Assembly (NCBI GenBank): GCA_000320545.1
Contig: ADNK01000828.1
Span: 168,927-232,926, forward strand
Origin: Bigelowiella natans CCMP2755
Taxonomy: Eukaryota > Protista > Cercozoa
DNA length: 64,000 bases
Reading direction: 5' to 3'
Shown: in pieces, positions 12,721 through 26,300 of the stretch
Numbering within the stretch: the stretch's first letter is position 1
Layout: every line of letters starts with the position of its first letter
Notes under the pieces: model-generated
Database searches by the model: none
The model's input: the letters and a program-made list of their open reading frames with translations, nothing else
Told to the model about the DNA's origin: nothing
Translations under genes and position numbers: made by a program

Positions 12721-14437
12721 ATGATGGTCACTCATTCACGCACTACAACGTAGTAGTAATAAATAGTAGTAATAGTCGTCGTCGTCCAAGAGTAGTGAGT
12801 CACTGGGTTGCATCCCCCCGCATGAAAATGATCTATGATCCTATCCTCCTCCTCCTCCTCCTCCTATTTCCTTCCTTAGTGGAGAAAATGCTTGGTGATG
12901 TTCCTCCAAGCATCCTTGCTCCAGGAGATGTAGACGACGTCGCAGATATTCCAGAGCCAATGATGAGAGAGGTCGAGTAGTAGTCAGTGGTGTTTGATGA
13001 TGATCATGATGATGATGATGATGATGATGATCATATTATACGGTAGTATCACGATTTTCTCTTTACTACTAGCAAATAAAGATGACGTAAGATACAAAAA
13101 TAATAATGAATGAGTGGATAAATGATGAAGCTGCTCTCTCTCCATTTGATAGTAATTATTGTTTTGTTTGACTAATCTCCTCCTGCCAGGATGCTAGTAC
13201 AGATTTTGACTCGAAGAAGAAGAAAGGAGGGAAAGAGAGACACTTCAACGCTACCCAAGTTAACGGCAGCAGCTATGCAGTACACTCGGATGATGATGAA
13301 GACGAAGACGAAAGCTCGGTTAATATTACAAACATATCACATGATCTTGATGATATGATCTTGATGATGGTTATGGTGATGGTGGTGATAGGGCTTGGAT
13401 GAACCTACTATGCCTTCAAGCGACCAGAGAAGGCAACAGGAGGAAGAACAAATAGAAAAAAAGGAACAAGAAGAAAAGGAGCAGCTACCCCCAAGAGTGC
13501 AACTTACACAACAAGACCTGAACAATATGGTTATTATTATTATTATTAGGGTTAGTACTCTGTCTGTAGAGGGGGAGGAGGGATTTAGTCAGTCAGTCAT
13601 TACACCATCGAAGAGAACATAAGAAAAAGAAGAAGAAGACGAAAAAGAAGAAATACACAAGAAGTACTTGTTGTATATTGTTACTGCCACCGCCACAAAA
13701 TTGTATACTTATGATGGCGTTGATGATTCGAATTTCCCTTATTATTGGGTTGGTTTGCCAATAGATGATGGGTTTGATTTCGTGAACGATACTCTTATGA
13801 TGATGATGATGATCATCACCATCAATGACAATAACAGGCGACTGCTGAGATGTATAAGAAAGCAGGCGTTGCTGCCTTCAAAGAGAGCCACTTCGAAGAG
13901 GTCATATTATATTTTTAATTCAACTCTCTCTCTCTCTCTCTCCCTCCCTCCCTCTCGCTCTCTCTTGTGCACTCATACACTCATATATTTATAAAAGTAG
14001 AGGGGGGAGGGGGGGAGTGAAAGAGGGGACACGAAATAAGGCCTTGCCGTCTTTTCTGATATTCGATGATCGCGGTAATGATCTGTTTGTCTCACCTCTC
14101 TCCTCTCCTTTCCTCTTCTTGACTAGGCTGTGACAGAGTTCGGGAAGGCTCTGAGTGTGTTGGGTTTTAATGTCGACAGTAGTAGCAGTAGTAGTAGTAG
14201 TAGTGAAAATAAGACGAGGATCATGATGATGGCGAATGCGGCGGAGAGGTACTTCTACTATTGTTATCAAATAAATAACTACAAATGCCAAGAAATTATT
14301 GTAGTGGTGGTAGTCGTAGTAGTAGTAGTAGCAGTAGGTGGAAATTGAAGAAGTGGTGGTGGAAATGGTGGTTATTAAGGCAACAGCAGCAGCAGCAGCA
14401 GCAGGTTTTTGTAGGGTATGCATGTAAGTAATAACAA

Positions 14438-14470
<33 letters not shown>

Positions 14471-15051
14471 CTACTCAAAGGAGGGCAGATGAGGTAGTGG
14501 ATCTAGCTTGCAGCTGCCTCAGCAACAGGGCAATGGTAATACAAAATAAGAGCGGAGACGAAAGGAGTGACCGTTATGGTGCTGATGATGATTATTGATG
14601 TGCTCTAAACCAATAGTTACTTGAAATGAATAATAACTAACACACCAACAACGTCACCACATGATGTAGTGTCAAAAGCAGCTGAGAAGCTGGAGCAAGA
14701 TCGTAAAGGATGCCTCTCTTTGCATTTCCCTCAAACCTACCAAGTATGATGATGTTTCAATCAACAAGACATTAGGGGAGGGAGCGGGGAGGGGGGATTA
14801 TTGTGCTCAGAAAATCACCAGAAACATGCACATACAACAACACCACACACAAGTTTTCTAGAAATTGATATTTTCCCCTCCTTTCTTCGTCCTGCGCATT
14901 GTTGTCGTTACAATGGTGTTTATGATTACGATGTAATTGCATAGAAACATCATCATGAAGAATCTGATAAACCGAGGTTTTGCATACGAGGCACTGGGAA
15001 AAGTAATTTATGTAGTATAATAAAAGAAAGGAAGAAAGCAGAAAACACCTA

Positions 15052-15092
<41 letters not shown>

Positions 15093-15739
15093 ATACACAT
15101 ACACATGCGGGGAGAGGGAGAGAGAGGGGGGGGGGGGGTGGTGATTGAGTTCTGATATACATGCTACATACATCCAATGATCCATCCTCCTAATAGTTAA
15201 TCCTCTTCTTGACTCCTCACTCTTGAGTTCCTCAATATTGGTTTCCCCACCTTATGCCAGCATCATCATCAGCATCATCAGCATCAGCATTTCATAACTC
15301 CTACTACTACTACTACTTACAATTATGATGTAGATGCAAGAGGCTTTGAATGACTTTCTCTCTGCTCGAAACATGGGAGCTACCACCCCCAAGGTCCTTC
15401 AAACCATCGGCAGGATCAAGAAAGCAGCAAAACAACCAAAAATCATTCCAATGTACGAATCGAGGCCGTATGCGGTAAGTACATAATAGAAGTACAGCAA
15501 CAGCAACAGGAATATCAAAATTCGCAATGATAATTAAACCCCCCCCCCCCCCGCTTACACACAACTTTGTGCGTAAAACAGGGAACTAAAGCATCATCAT
15601 CAACAACAACCAACGCAACGGCGACAACAACAGCGAAAAAGTATGCTGCTGGGACGAAGAACATGAATTCGCAGCAGCAGCAGCAGCAACCAGCAGCTAT
15701 TCCAAGCATCTTTGAAGGATTGGTAAACTTGTGTGTGTA

Positions 15740-15775
<36 letters not shown>

Positions 15776-15813
15776 TAAGAGCGAGGGCAAAGTATTGCTT
15801 TTGATATTAGCCT

Positions 15814-15844
<31 letters not shown>

Positions 15845-16398
15845 GACTGTGGTAGAATGAAGAATTCGACGATGATGATAGTCAATGGTTTGTTCCTTTG
15901 TTGTTGTTATTGTGCATGTTGTTGATTCTCTTTCCGTTCCTTATTATTAGGATATTCCCTCGGGGCACAAACCAGTTCCTCCATCATCATCATCATCATC
16001 ATTGGGTGGTGGTACTACTTCTTCTTCTTCTTCTGCAGCTCCTCCTGCTTCTACCAACCTTTTTGATTGGGACGGAGGTGGTGGTGATGGTGGAGGATCA
16101 TCATCTGGGGTAGTATAGTAGTAGTAGGAGTAGTAGTAAATGTATGGTTAATCACATCTAATATGTGCAGTAGTAGAAGTAGTAGTAATAAAATACCAAT
16201 AATAATTGTATGAATACCACAACATAAGATTTACGATCGGGAAATAGAGAGAGGGGGGGGGGGGGGGGGAGGAGAGAGACAGAGAGAGAGAGAGAGAGAA
16301 GGAGAGAAGGAGAGTAGAAGAGAAGAATGGTGAAATAAAAAACAAATAAAATCGGCAGTGATGTTGACTTGATCGTTTTCATCATCATCATATCTGTT

Positions 16399-16432
<34 letters not shown>

Positions 16433-16579
16433 CTATTATCGTCCGTTCACATACATACATCTCTCATCCATCTACGCAGCAGCAACAACCAACGGCAGCA
16501 GCTGGTAGCGCTGCAAGAAGAGTCTCTAATGATTGGACTAAGTATATTGGAGGAGGGAATTCGGCATCAAGCGTGGTAT

Positions 16580-16624
<45 letters not shown>

Positions 16625-17516
16625 TGTGTATCAATGCTGCTGCTGCTATTCCATGTGTTGTGCCGTATGTGTGCTGGTGGTGGTAGTGGTGATGCTCTGT
16701 CTGTTCCTTGCTTAAAATAACAACAACAACAACAACATTAATTCGCTGATTGATTCTGACATATATGATTATGATGATCATGATCAGATCAATGAGTTCA
16801 ACCCAAATAACGTCAAACCTACGCCGTCCAAAAAATCGGGTGGGAAGAGGAGTTCAGGTAGTAGTAGTAATAATGATGTGTATTATTATACAAGCCCTCA
16901 CACCTCACTCACTGACTCACAAACAAAAGTAATATAAGGAATGATGATCCTCTTGATCATTGCCACAAATTTGGTGGTGGTGGTATATTTTAGCTGTTGT
17001 TATGAGTGCATTGTTTGATTGTCATCCTTATGTATCCTCCTCGCTGCTAGCAGCAGCAGCAGCGCCCACAGTTATGTACTGTGGTATTGCTGTAGGAGGA
17101 ATCATTCACTGCATGTTTGCTTGTGTTTCTACTGGTGGAGGTGATGATGATAGTATGCAAATGCTAATGATATTTCCTGCTAGAACTCCTATTCTTATAA
17201 TAGTTTTTGATGTTATTGTCGTTGTTGTGATCCCTTTCCGTCCCCCCCTTCTCGCTCTCAAGGGATCATATTCGACGAAATATTTGGCTCGGATGGCGGT
17301 GATGAAGGAGATCTTGATGTACCCGCTCCATCATCATCATCATCATCATCGTTACCGACTGGCGACGACGTTAAAGAAAGAGGAGGAGGAGGAGGAGGAA
17401 GCAGCAATAGCCACAATGGTGGCCCAGCACAATCATCATCGTCCTCTGTCATTTTCGATGATCCTGGACAACAACAGGTACTGCTATTGCTACTACTCCT
17501 ACTACCACTACTGCTA

Positions 17517-17560
<44 letters not shown>

Positions 17561-18216
17561 AATATAAATAGATAGATATATTTATATATAAACTGGTATT
17601 GTCTAAATCATCAAAAATAAGAGGACGATTACTGGATCATCTTCGTTTGTGTGGACCGCTGCTCTTCTTCTTCTTCTTCTTCTTCTTCTTCTTCATTTTA
17701 TTACTATTATCATTGTTGTTGTTACTTTCACTAGGGTGGCCCTATCACGCAAATGTGCAACATCCTTGAGGCTATGGAAGACCAAAAATTTTGGCATTTC
17801 GCACACGATAATCTGTCTCCAAACCAGTATGCAAGAATTCCTCGCGACAAGAAGATGGCCATAAGGTGGTATTTGGCTACTACAGTGCTATCATTAATAT
17901 AACAAAATGAACAAGATATGACGACACAGCAAGGAAATTTGATCGATGAGTCATTAATGCCTTGTTGGTAATCTTGGTATTTCTATGCCTCCTCTTCTTC
18001 TCCTTATTCTTATTCTTCGCCTTGTCCTGGATGATGTCACCTAACAAACACCCAAATAGACCTATATGTCTATATTCTAATCATCATCGTCGTCGTCATA
18101 AAGATTCTTGATGATATGATGTACTATATTACACACCCCTCCCTTTGGTAGATATTTGATAAAGTTGGGCATTAACAACACGTCTTTCGTCACAAGCTGG
18201 GAAACAACATTGTGTG

Positions 18217-18249
<33 letters not shown>

Positions 18250-18523
18250 ACGTTACATACCATACCAACCAACACCAAAGATAGATAAAAACGATGATGA
18301 GGAAAAAGGAAGAGAGTGACCGGTTTTACTCTGAGATCGAGGAAAGGGGAGGATAAATATTAGCGACAAAAAGGATTCATGAATTGAACCCACACACACA
18401 CACACACATACACACACACACACACGCCACTTTTTTGCAAACCATTCTAAGAAAAATCAATGATAAATTGTAGGGAGGAGAAGCGTTACATGCAGGCCCT
18501 TGATCAATGGGAGTTTAGGGTGT

Positions 18524-18554
<31 letters not shown>

Positions 18555-18567
18555 CAGTGGTATGATG

Positions 18568-18604
<37 letters not shown>

Positions 18605-19054
18605 GATAATGGTAATAAATTTCTCCTTCCTCATACTTTCTCTCTCCTCATCACCGCGATCGTGATCGTTATCATCATCATTCACAAACAAACTCCAGGG
18701 AGGGATACGGAAAGACTTGATGGCTCTTCTCTCGGGACTTCATAACCTCTGTGATCTAGTCCCATGGCAAGGAAGAAAATGGAAGAGGGTCAGATCATTA
18801 CTTTAGCTGGTCAATAATTAGGATGATGATGATGATATATGGGCTTTACAGATATTGTATTTGTACTCCTCTCTTCCATTCGTGGTTGTTGTTTGTTCTT
18901 ATCACACTTACGATGTTAGCACCACCGCCACCACCGACTGACTAGCCTTGTTTGTTAAAGGTTGGTCTAGGGGATCTTCAAGACCCAAATGCTCGCAAAA
19001 AATACTTCAAAAAGGCTATGCTGGTAACACTATGTAGTCTGGTTTTTCTTTGTG

Positions 19055-19111
<57 letters not shown>

Positions 19112-19383
19112 AATAGAAGGAGTATGGTGGTAGGAATTTTTAGTGGTAGAGGAGGAGGAGTTGTGGTCCGTTGGGATGATAAAACAAATGATGGTGACAT
19201 GTAGTAATATATGCTATCATGCCTGACTCATCAGTATTTTCCTCGACTAACTTTTGTTGGATGATGGTTTTAATCAAACAGATCGTGCATCCTGATCATA
19301 ACCACTCAAAGCCAGCAGCACAGAGAGCTATCACGGAACGTGCCTTCACCGCGTTAACCGAAGCACTCAAGCAAGAAGCTTGA
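11035..19383 (+). CDS. BAR domain - TPR repeats - auxilin/Swa2-type J-domain protein (multi-exon)
   Basis: ATG 11035 MDFLKKGLASASK.. helical BAR-like region ending LVDNRFSIFDECFVRLMETQ|VSYYEKAAEMV (~12660). TPR exons ATAEMYKKAGVAAFKESHFEE|AVTEFGKAL, SCLSNRAM, LINRGFAYEALGK|MQEALNDF (13.8-15.4 kb). C-terminal ALDQWEFR|GGIRKDLMALLSGL, VGLGDLQDPNARKKYFKKAML|IVHPDHNHSKPAAQRAITERAFTALTEALKQEA* with HPD motif. TGA 19381-19383. Some middle exons are approximate. Confidence 0.8.
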
Positions 19384-19599
19384 AGTGGAGAATACTAAAT
19401 ATTACTACAAAGTATTGAACATTCCTCAGAAGTAGCTAGTGAAGATTATGGGCGGGTGAATTGTAATACGCCAACTGATGAGATATATGATTATATCTCA
19501 ACTTGAACGTGGGAAGATTGTACCATTTGCAATCATGGTTATATATCTTCATGCGTGTGGCTAAGAAGAGTCTGCGTATTTTGATTTTATACTTTCAAA

Positions 19600-20060
19600 T
19601 TGTTCGAACCACGTCGACTAGTCGACTGCATGTGGAATTGTTATTCCAGGCACAATAAGCATGAATAAATGCACATACTGACCCATAAGTGGAATAGCGC
19701 TGATACGATGCCCTTAGCCCTAGTCTAGTCGTAGTGCCCATGCATGATGCGCGCATGCACGCCTAGACGAGTAGACAAAAACGTACGTGCTTTTTCAGGT
19801 GCTTAGCTAGCTAGCTAGCTAGTTGCCAAGTTTGCCGCATGCATCGTAGTGTTGACCTAGATGTGGGTTCGTGAATAATCACTTGAAGCACATGCTTGCA
19901 TATGATAGACATGCAATACACTATATATATAATATATATTGTGTATTGCATGTCTAGATGTTTAGATGCATGCGTATGTGCCTAGCTAGCTAGCTAAGCT
20001 AGCAGTGCGCCGTGGTTTTGTTTGTTTCTAGCCTGCGCCCTCGCCTAGCGCCAATAAAGC
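19600..20060. other. CTAG/TAGC/CATG palindrome and hairpin island between convergent 3' ends
   Basis: Perfect palindrome GTCGACTAGTCGAC (19613-19626). Perfect 16-bp inverted repeat TAGACATGCAATACAC (19906-19921) / GTGTATTGCATGTCTA (19941-19956). (TAGC)n runs at ~19805 and ~19983. Confidence 0.85.
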
Positions 20061-20751
20061 AACATGCGCGCCGACGCGTATGCGCACTTAAAGTTGTGCG
20101 TATCTGCAGACAACTCAGAACTGTGGATGTGAGTAGGAGGCACAACAGATGCTCGTCGTCATTAATTGCACACCGCCAAAGCAGATCGATGATGATGTCG
20201 GAATGGTGCTCAAATGATCGAAGGCAGTGCTTGCAGCCATGCCATTTCGCAAAGCCACCTCCCTTCCCCTCCTTCTGCTAGTCTGGTAAGGCTAGAAGGG
20301 AGCAAGTTTGAGAGGATCGACTCTGTGTCCTTTGGATGTCGCTCGTGAACCAGCAGCAAGGCGAAAAAAAACAAATCACCGCCTCCAAGGGAAATGGTCG
20401 GCACAACGCTGTTAGCGGTGGAAAAACATTGGGAAGTTAACGGGCTATAGAGAGAGACTCCAGTCGTACTAATCAGGATCAGTACAAAAACGGAAACAAA
20501 GCTAAAAGAGGTATCCCAAAGCTAAAAGGAATTCATTTGTAAAATCATGAATCTCAATGCTGTTTGTGTCATAGGTAGGCCGTAAAAGTAGTCACAAAGA
20601 TGCGAGAAGCGGATAATCTGCAATAGCCCCGATTTTCAACTATGCAAGCAATCGTCGTCGTAAATCTGATTCTTCCCAATCGCATAAGAGAATTGAATAA
20701 ACCAAAAACGCGCGGACTCATCCTTCCGGGAGTCGGGTGAAGGCAGAGGGG

Positions 20752-22568
20752 TTAGGTAGTAGCTGTGCGCGGACAGGGCAACAGAAGTGGACGACAACGA
20801 GAATCGAGAAAAGTGGAATACGCGGTCACAATGAAATCAAAACTAAGAGGAAGAAGGAAGCAGGTTCTAACTCTCTTCCAAACCACCATTTTTTCCGTGA
20901 TACTTAGCGCGCGTTGTGTTGCTTCATTGCCACTCAGGGGCGGCACTGCGATTTCATGGAATCTTGCGGAATGTGCACAATGATGATTATTTTCATACAA
21001 AATATAGGTATTATATATATTTGGATATTTGCTGCGCCTTGTTCGCTCGATCCCTACTATGTAGGTATATATTTGATAGCTAATTTTTTTTTAAGGCGGA
21101 AATTATATACTTCATTGAACAACCATCTCATGAAGGAACTACATGTATACATCCATGCCCGTGATAGTATTTCTCAATTTCTGTCTTCTTCACTTCGGTG
21201 TCGGCTACTGCTACGGCTCTTGACTATCAACCTGACACTATTTTTCTCAGAAGATTCCATACTTACATACCACGGTAGCAGTGGGCTAATGTATGAAGTA
21301 ACCGCCTTGACAGGAGCAGAGGCTGCAGCATCAGCTAATGCGGATGCAAAGCTTGCGACGATCGAAACAAAGGCGGTGGGTTGGATTTTTGCCGTCGTAA
21401 TATCTCTAATGGTAGGGATATTATTTCTGCTTTCAAATGTCTCATCATTATCATCATTATCATCATCATGATTCTTTGTTCGTTTTCTGGAAGTGGTTAG
21501 GCCTGTTTGACGAGAGAACCCTGCACTATTTTTTCCATAAACTCTACAATTGCTACTATTTACACTTGTAATATTGCTTGTGATATTATTACTAGAAAAA
21601 GAATTACCAGCGCTCTGCTGCTGGTGTTGTTGTTTTTGCCGATACCGGTCCTGATGATGTTCCTCCATCAAGATCATCTTTGGAGCAGCAGCTCGTAGGA
21701 GGGTTTGGAAAATTGGTTGCTTCCCTCTACGGTCAAAAACTTGTTGATGCATTGGCACTATCTCCATCTGATTCTTATAATACTCTTCATCCCCATCACT
21801 GTCGTCAGAGAAAATACCCTTATACCATGCTACGTTTTCCAATCCGTCAAATACTGCTGCGGCTTCATCCGTATTTCGCATTTCTTCAGGTAAATTAATT
21901 CCCCCAAATAGCGCCACATCAACATTTCGCGGACCATCATATCGAAGAAATGCCCAAGAAAGAGTAGGAAGAAGTCCTAAACTCATGCCCCCTAATAGTG
22001 ATTTCTTAAAGATCGCTACTTCGCTGAAATGTGCATCAAGACGACGCTGGAAGTAATCCGTTGCTGCCCGCGAGAAAGCAGGATCTACACGAGTATCACG
22101 AAGTGCCTCACGGTCAAGCTTATGATATTCAGCCCAGTAGTGAGCAGTGTGCATAACATTAGTTATCGAATAGTGGCTCTTTCCGTCGAAACAATCACGG
22201 AGCTTGAGTGAAGAATCCAGCATCTCAAGAGTGGCCACACGTTTGCTGTGATCCACCAAAAGTAGTCGCAACCTATTTCGTCGTTCCATCTAGAACATCA
22301 GATAATTGTGAGTGCTAATTATGAATGAAAATATAAATCAGGCAGTGTTAAATCTGAAGAAGTTACCACAAGAATGTACCTCTAGGTCGTGAGCACTAAC
22401 TGTTGACCAGCCAACCCAGGTTGCCCTTGCCGCCCATGCAACAGATTTCCGCAATCGTGTCAAACGTGTCGGAGCAGCCAATGCAACCAAAACACTTCCA
22501 GCGGAGAGGTGAGCCAGAGGCACAACTTCCTTTCTGAAGATGTCTACTCGGGGGGTGGAGGATGCCAT
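20752..22568 (-). CDS. Hypothetical protein (orphan, intron-poor); 3' end approximate
   Basis: Exon 1 MASSTPRVDIFRK..AHDLE|gtacat splices in phase 0 to ttctag|MERRNRLRLLL.. (371-codon open frame 21174-22289 with a globular-looking N-half). Probable donor at PLLPW|gtatgt. Downstream exons uncertain. No family recognised. Confidence 0.65.
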
Positions 22569-23035
22569 TTTAGAAATTTACGTTCCATAATCCAGACATA
22601 ATCCAGAATTAAAAGGTTAGGAGATTAAATTGAAATCACAGAATTATTGTCCTTTTCTCTCTGCGACAATCACAAAAACTAAAAATTATGCGAATTCGGA
22701 TCTAGAAGGACGTCGTTGTCGTATTCGCTGCGCTGCGGTGCAAGGAAAGCAGTGTTTGGGTTGGCCCTCGCATTCTTTCTAAGACGACTTCCAATCTTTC
22801 GTGTCGCAGTGCTGCATTGAGCTCATCGACGTACTACGTCGTCCCTATAAGACATCGGGACTGCTGTTGGCACGGAACTATATTCGGTTTGAAGAGCACA
22901 GCTATTTGTCGCGAAACCTAATTTGTGCTCCTTGTCTCCTTACCGGTACTGCATTCAAACTGCTAAAGAGCGACATCAATTCAAAGATGTCGCATTAAAG
23001 GATAGTCTTTGCATTTGTGAGTTGGAAAAAATGTA

Positions 23036-23112
23036 TATTGGCTGTGGGATTCGAACACCACGAAACCCCGCGCCTTAAGTGCGGGTGCGTTAGACCACTC
23101 CGCCAAGCCAAA
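23036..23112 (-). pseudogene. Degenerate tRNA-Leu(UAA) / tRNA-derived element
   Basis: Reverse complement tttggcttggcggagtggtctaacgcacccgcacttaaggcgcggggtttcgtggtgttcgaatcccacagccaata: A-box TGGCGGAGTGG, B-box GTTCGAATC, acceptor stem TTGGCT/AGCCAA, anticodon loop CT-TAA-GG. It has a 1:72 mismatch, a mismatch in the anticodon stem, a short variable arm for a Leu tRNA and a T-stem bulge. Confidence 0.7.
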
Positions 23113-23316
23113 CAGAAAGTTGATAGTAAATGGATAATGTTATATTTTTACCTGAATTCAGTAGATCTAGATCTAGTGCATTCATGTGGTTACGACAATT
23201 TAAATTAATAAATTAATTTTGGGCAAAATATACTAAAAATACTACTACTTACTACCGAAGCTCTACACTCTTTTACATGATGCCCATCTCTACTACATGC
23301 ACTGTGTGCATCAACC

Positions 23317-26300
23317 ATGCCAAACGTGTCCAACAACGGAAAGAGAATGGACAATAAAGTTTCAAAGGCATCAAACTTCAGCATTAAAAGGCGAATTAAG
23401 ATTTTTCTAAAAGCAAAAAAAAATTGGAGAAAGGTCTGAAGACTGCGAAGAAAGCTCGAATTTCCTTTGAGCAGAAAGCTTTAGAAGGAATAAACGCAAC
23501 GTGCAGAGTCTGGAAAGTCGATAGTAGTTGGGGGATCTTCGAATTCCGCAACTCAGGTGCCTCTAGATTGATCGCCCTTCCAATTGTTTACCCCAACCCA
23601 TGAATAAGGACGGCGAAAACCATCATTCGGAATATGAAGTTGAGGCCATACTCAACGAGAGACATCACGCTGGCAAGCACCAGTTTTTAGTCAAGTGGAA
23701 ACATTTTCCTAGTGCTTACAACACGTGGGAACCGGTATTTCAACATCCGAAACTATTTTTTTGTGCCACTGATTAGAATGTGTACCCTGAATTGGTAGGC
23801 TGAGAATCTCGAAGGTTCGAAGGAACTTATAGGTCAGTATCGACGTCGTGAAGAGAGAGCTCTTCGTTACGAACGAATCCAAACTACACGTGAAAGAAAG
23901 CTTCAGCAGCAAACACGACGCTCATCTCCACCATCACAGCTGAAGGCAAAGCCTCCGATCGTATCTCCAGGAAGCGGAAAGAAAATGGGTGAGCTCACAA
24001 GGGCTACCACCACAACCACCACCACCACCACTCGCAAATTGAAAGCTCAGTTGGGCCCTGACGAAGTCACTGCCTTTCAGTGCAATAGTAAGTCCCTTAT
24101 TTGTGCAACATGCAAACTAAAACAACCAAAGCCACCACCACCACCAGAACAACAATAATCTAATAGTGAATCTTCTCCAATTTAATCAATGGTGGTGGTG
24201 GTGGCTCTACCGTTGGTCAGTTTGCAACCGGTACTTCCGAGCCCCACAAGGGCTTGCACGTCACATGAAAGGATGTGGAAGAAAGAAACAAAAGGTTGGA
24301 GAGCAAGCAAAACCAAAAGGTATGATGGTGCGATGTCTTCTTAACTGCCGATCGATGGTGGTAAACTACTGCTGCCATAAAGAATAATAAAGTGACTTTA
24401 ATGAAATAAACAGCTACGTTGTTAAGGATTTTTACAACCAATTTAGGAAATAGGAGGCCATGGAGGATGCAGAGCAGCTCTGTTAGACCAGTTCAAAGTG
24501 AAAGGGGGGGGGAGCAGACAAAGTCAGAAGTTGGCGCACCAGTTGCAACAACAGCAGCTAGTCGCAAACACGGTCGGCCAAGGAAGCACATTGGGAGGCC
24601 ATATGCAAGGAGACCTCGAGGTGTTGGTGTGGGAGCTCGTGGAAATGAGCAGCAGCAGCCATCATCATCATCATATACATCTAAAGGTGCGTCATCGATG
24701 CGTGTAAATGTGCAAATATTCGCGTTATTTCTCTGAGTATTTCTCTTGCTTGTTTGTGCAATGCTAATCTGGTAACAACACTTCTCTTGCTTCTTCGTGT
24801 AATTCAGAAAGAAGTGATCCTCCTGGTGGCGACCTTAGCAGTAAGGGCAAAAAAGGCGATTTAAGCTTTCGATTGAGTCTGGCCAAACCAGAAGACGGGC
24901 AAAACAACAACAAAAACAACATTACTTCAAGTGTGGAAAGCACTAGTAGTTCAAGGATGCGTCATATTTCGAACAGCGGTCTCGCCGCTACAACTGACAT
25001 TAACGAAAACAACATCACCAGTGATGATGATGATGATGGTGATAACGACGGTGAGGAGGAGGAGGAGGAGGAGGAGGAGGAGGAGGAGGAGGGGGGGAAG
25101 AATTCGGCATGGACATCATTAGCAGTTGCTGCTGCAAATATGACTGCAATTGAAAGTGGTTATCAGCAACAAAGCCACCAGTACCGCAAGAGAAAGGTAA
25201 TCGAATATGATGGTGTTTGAATAAGAAGAAGAATTCCAAAATGATATCATGATGACTGGTAAGGCGAACAAATTAAAGCAATTTTCTTTTATATAAAAGA
25301 GACTACTAAATGATCTAATCGGTCTCCTTAATGATGAATCATCAACCTTATTTTTAAGACTCATCCACCTTTATCGGAAGAAGTGGAAGATTACATCGAC
25401 TGCCCTGCATGCCAAGGCAAACATAGAGCCCACATATGCTCAAGACGGAAGGTGAGAAGAAGAAGAAGAAGAAGAAGAAGAAGAAGAAACCATTCTGGGT
25501 GGTGAAAGTTTTCGGTAGAAAATTATAGAAGAAAAAGTAACGCTTTCTTCTTGTAGTGCTTTTCTTAACAACAAAGATTGTTTGGGCTGATGATGAGAAT
25601 ATCGGCTTGCTGGGATACCAACACCTGATTATTCATATTTATTTTTATTTCTATCAATTGAATGAGGCCCCGCTCTTGCATCTTTGTGGTGATATCCCAA
25701 TGGCAAAGAAAGGAGGCAGTTCTCCACTCCCACCCCTACATTCTGGTAATGATGATGATGATACATGATGATGATCACGGTGATAACTTATGGAGGATAT
25801 GAAAATAACACCTGGTGGCAGTGGTAGCGACATATGTGTCTCATCATCTCCCATATATTCATAGATTGCACAGATTTTTACCATTGTTCTGTGTGATAAC
25901 TAGGGGGGGGGATTCAACAGCTTCTGAGAGAACGAAAAAGGTTGCCGTTGTTTAATAGTAATAGTGCTGTTCTATCTCCTCTTATCTACTTATCTATATT
26001 TATCATCATTATCTTCTTCTTCCTCTTCTTCTTCATTTTCTTCTTACACTGGACTATACGTTAATTTGTTTTTCTTCGTGTTTTACCATCATATATTCAT
26101 ATCAACTAGGAAAAACTCAAAAAGAGGTATTAAGGCATTTAGATCAGTTGGAGTGTCTCTCACTAACAATCACTGGATATGTATGCTCTAACAGTAAATC
26201 ACATCTCCATCCAATATTAACCTTACTATTTTTTGAGTAGAGAATGATAGTGACGACGAAGAAACATCGGATGAAAACGAAAACGCGACAACAGCAGCAG

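Noticed and set aside
20914-21471. 185-aa plus-strand hydrophobic ORF
   Set aside because: Antisense shadow of the longer minus-strand ORF, with a non-ATG start and no supporting splice structure.
23630-23810. Chromodomain as part of a chromovirus (Ty3/Gypsy) integrase
   Set aside because: No RT, RNase H, integrase or LTRs nearby. The domain is intron-split and embedded in a host multi-exon gene.
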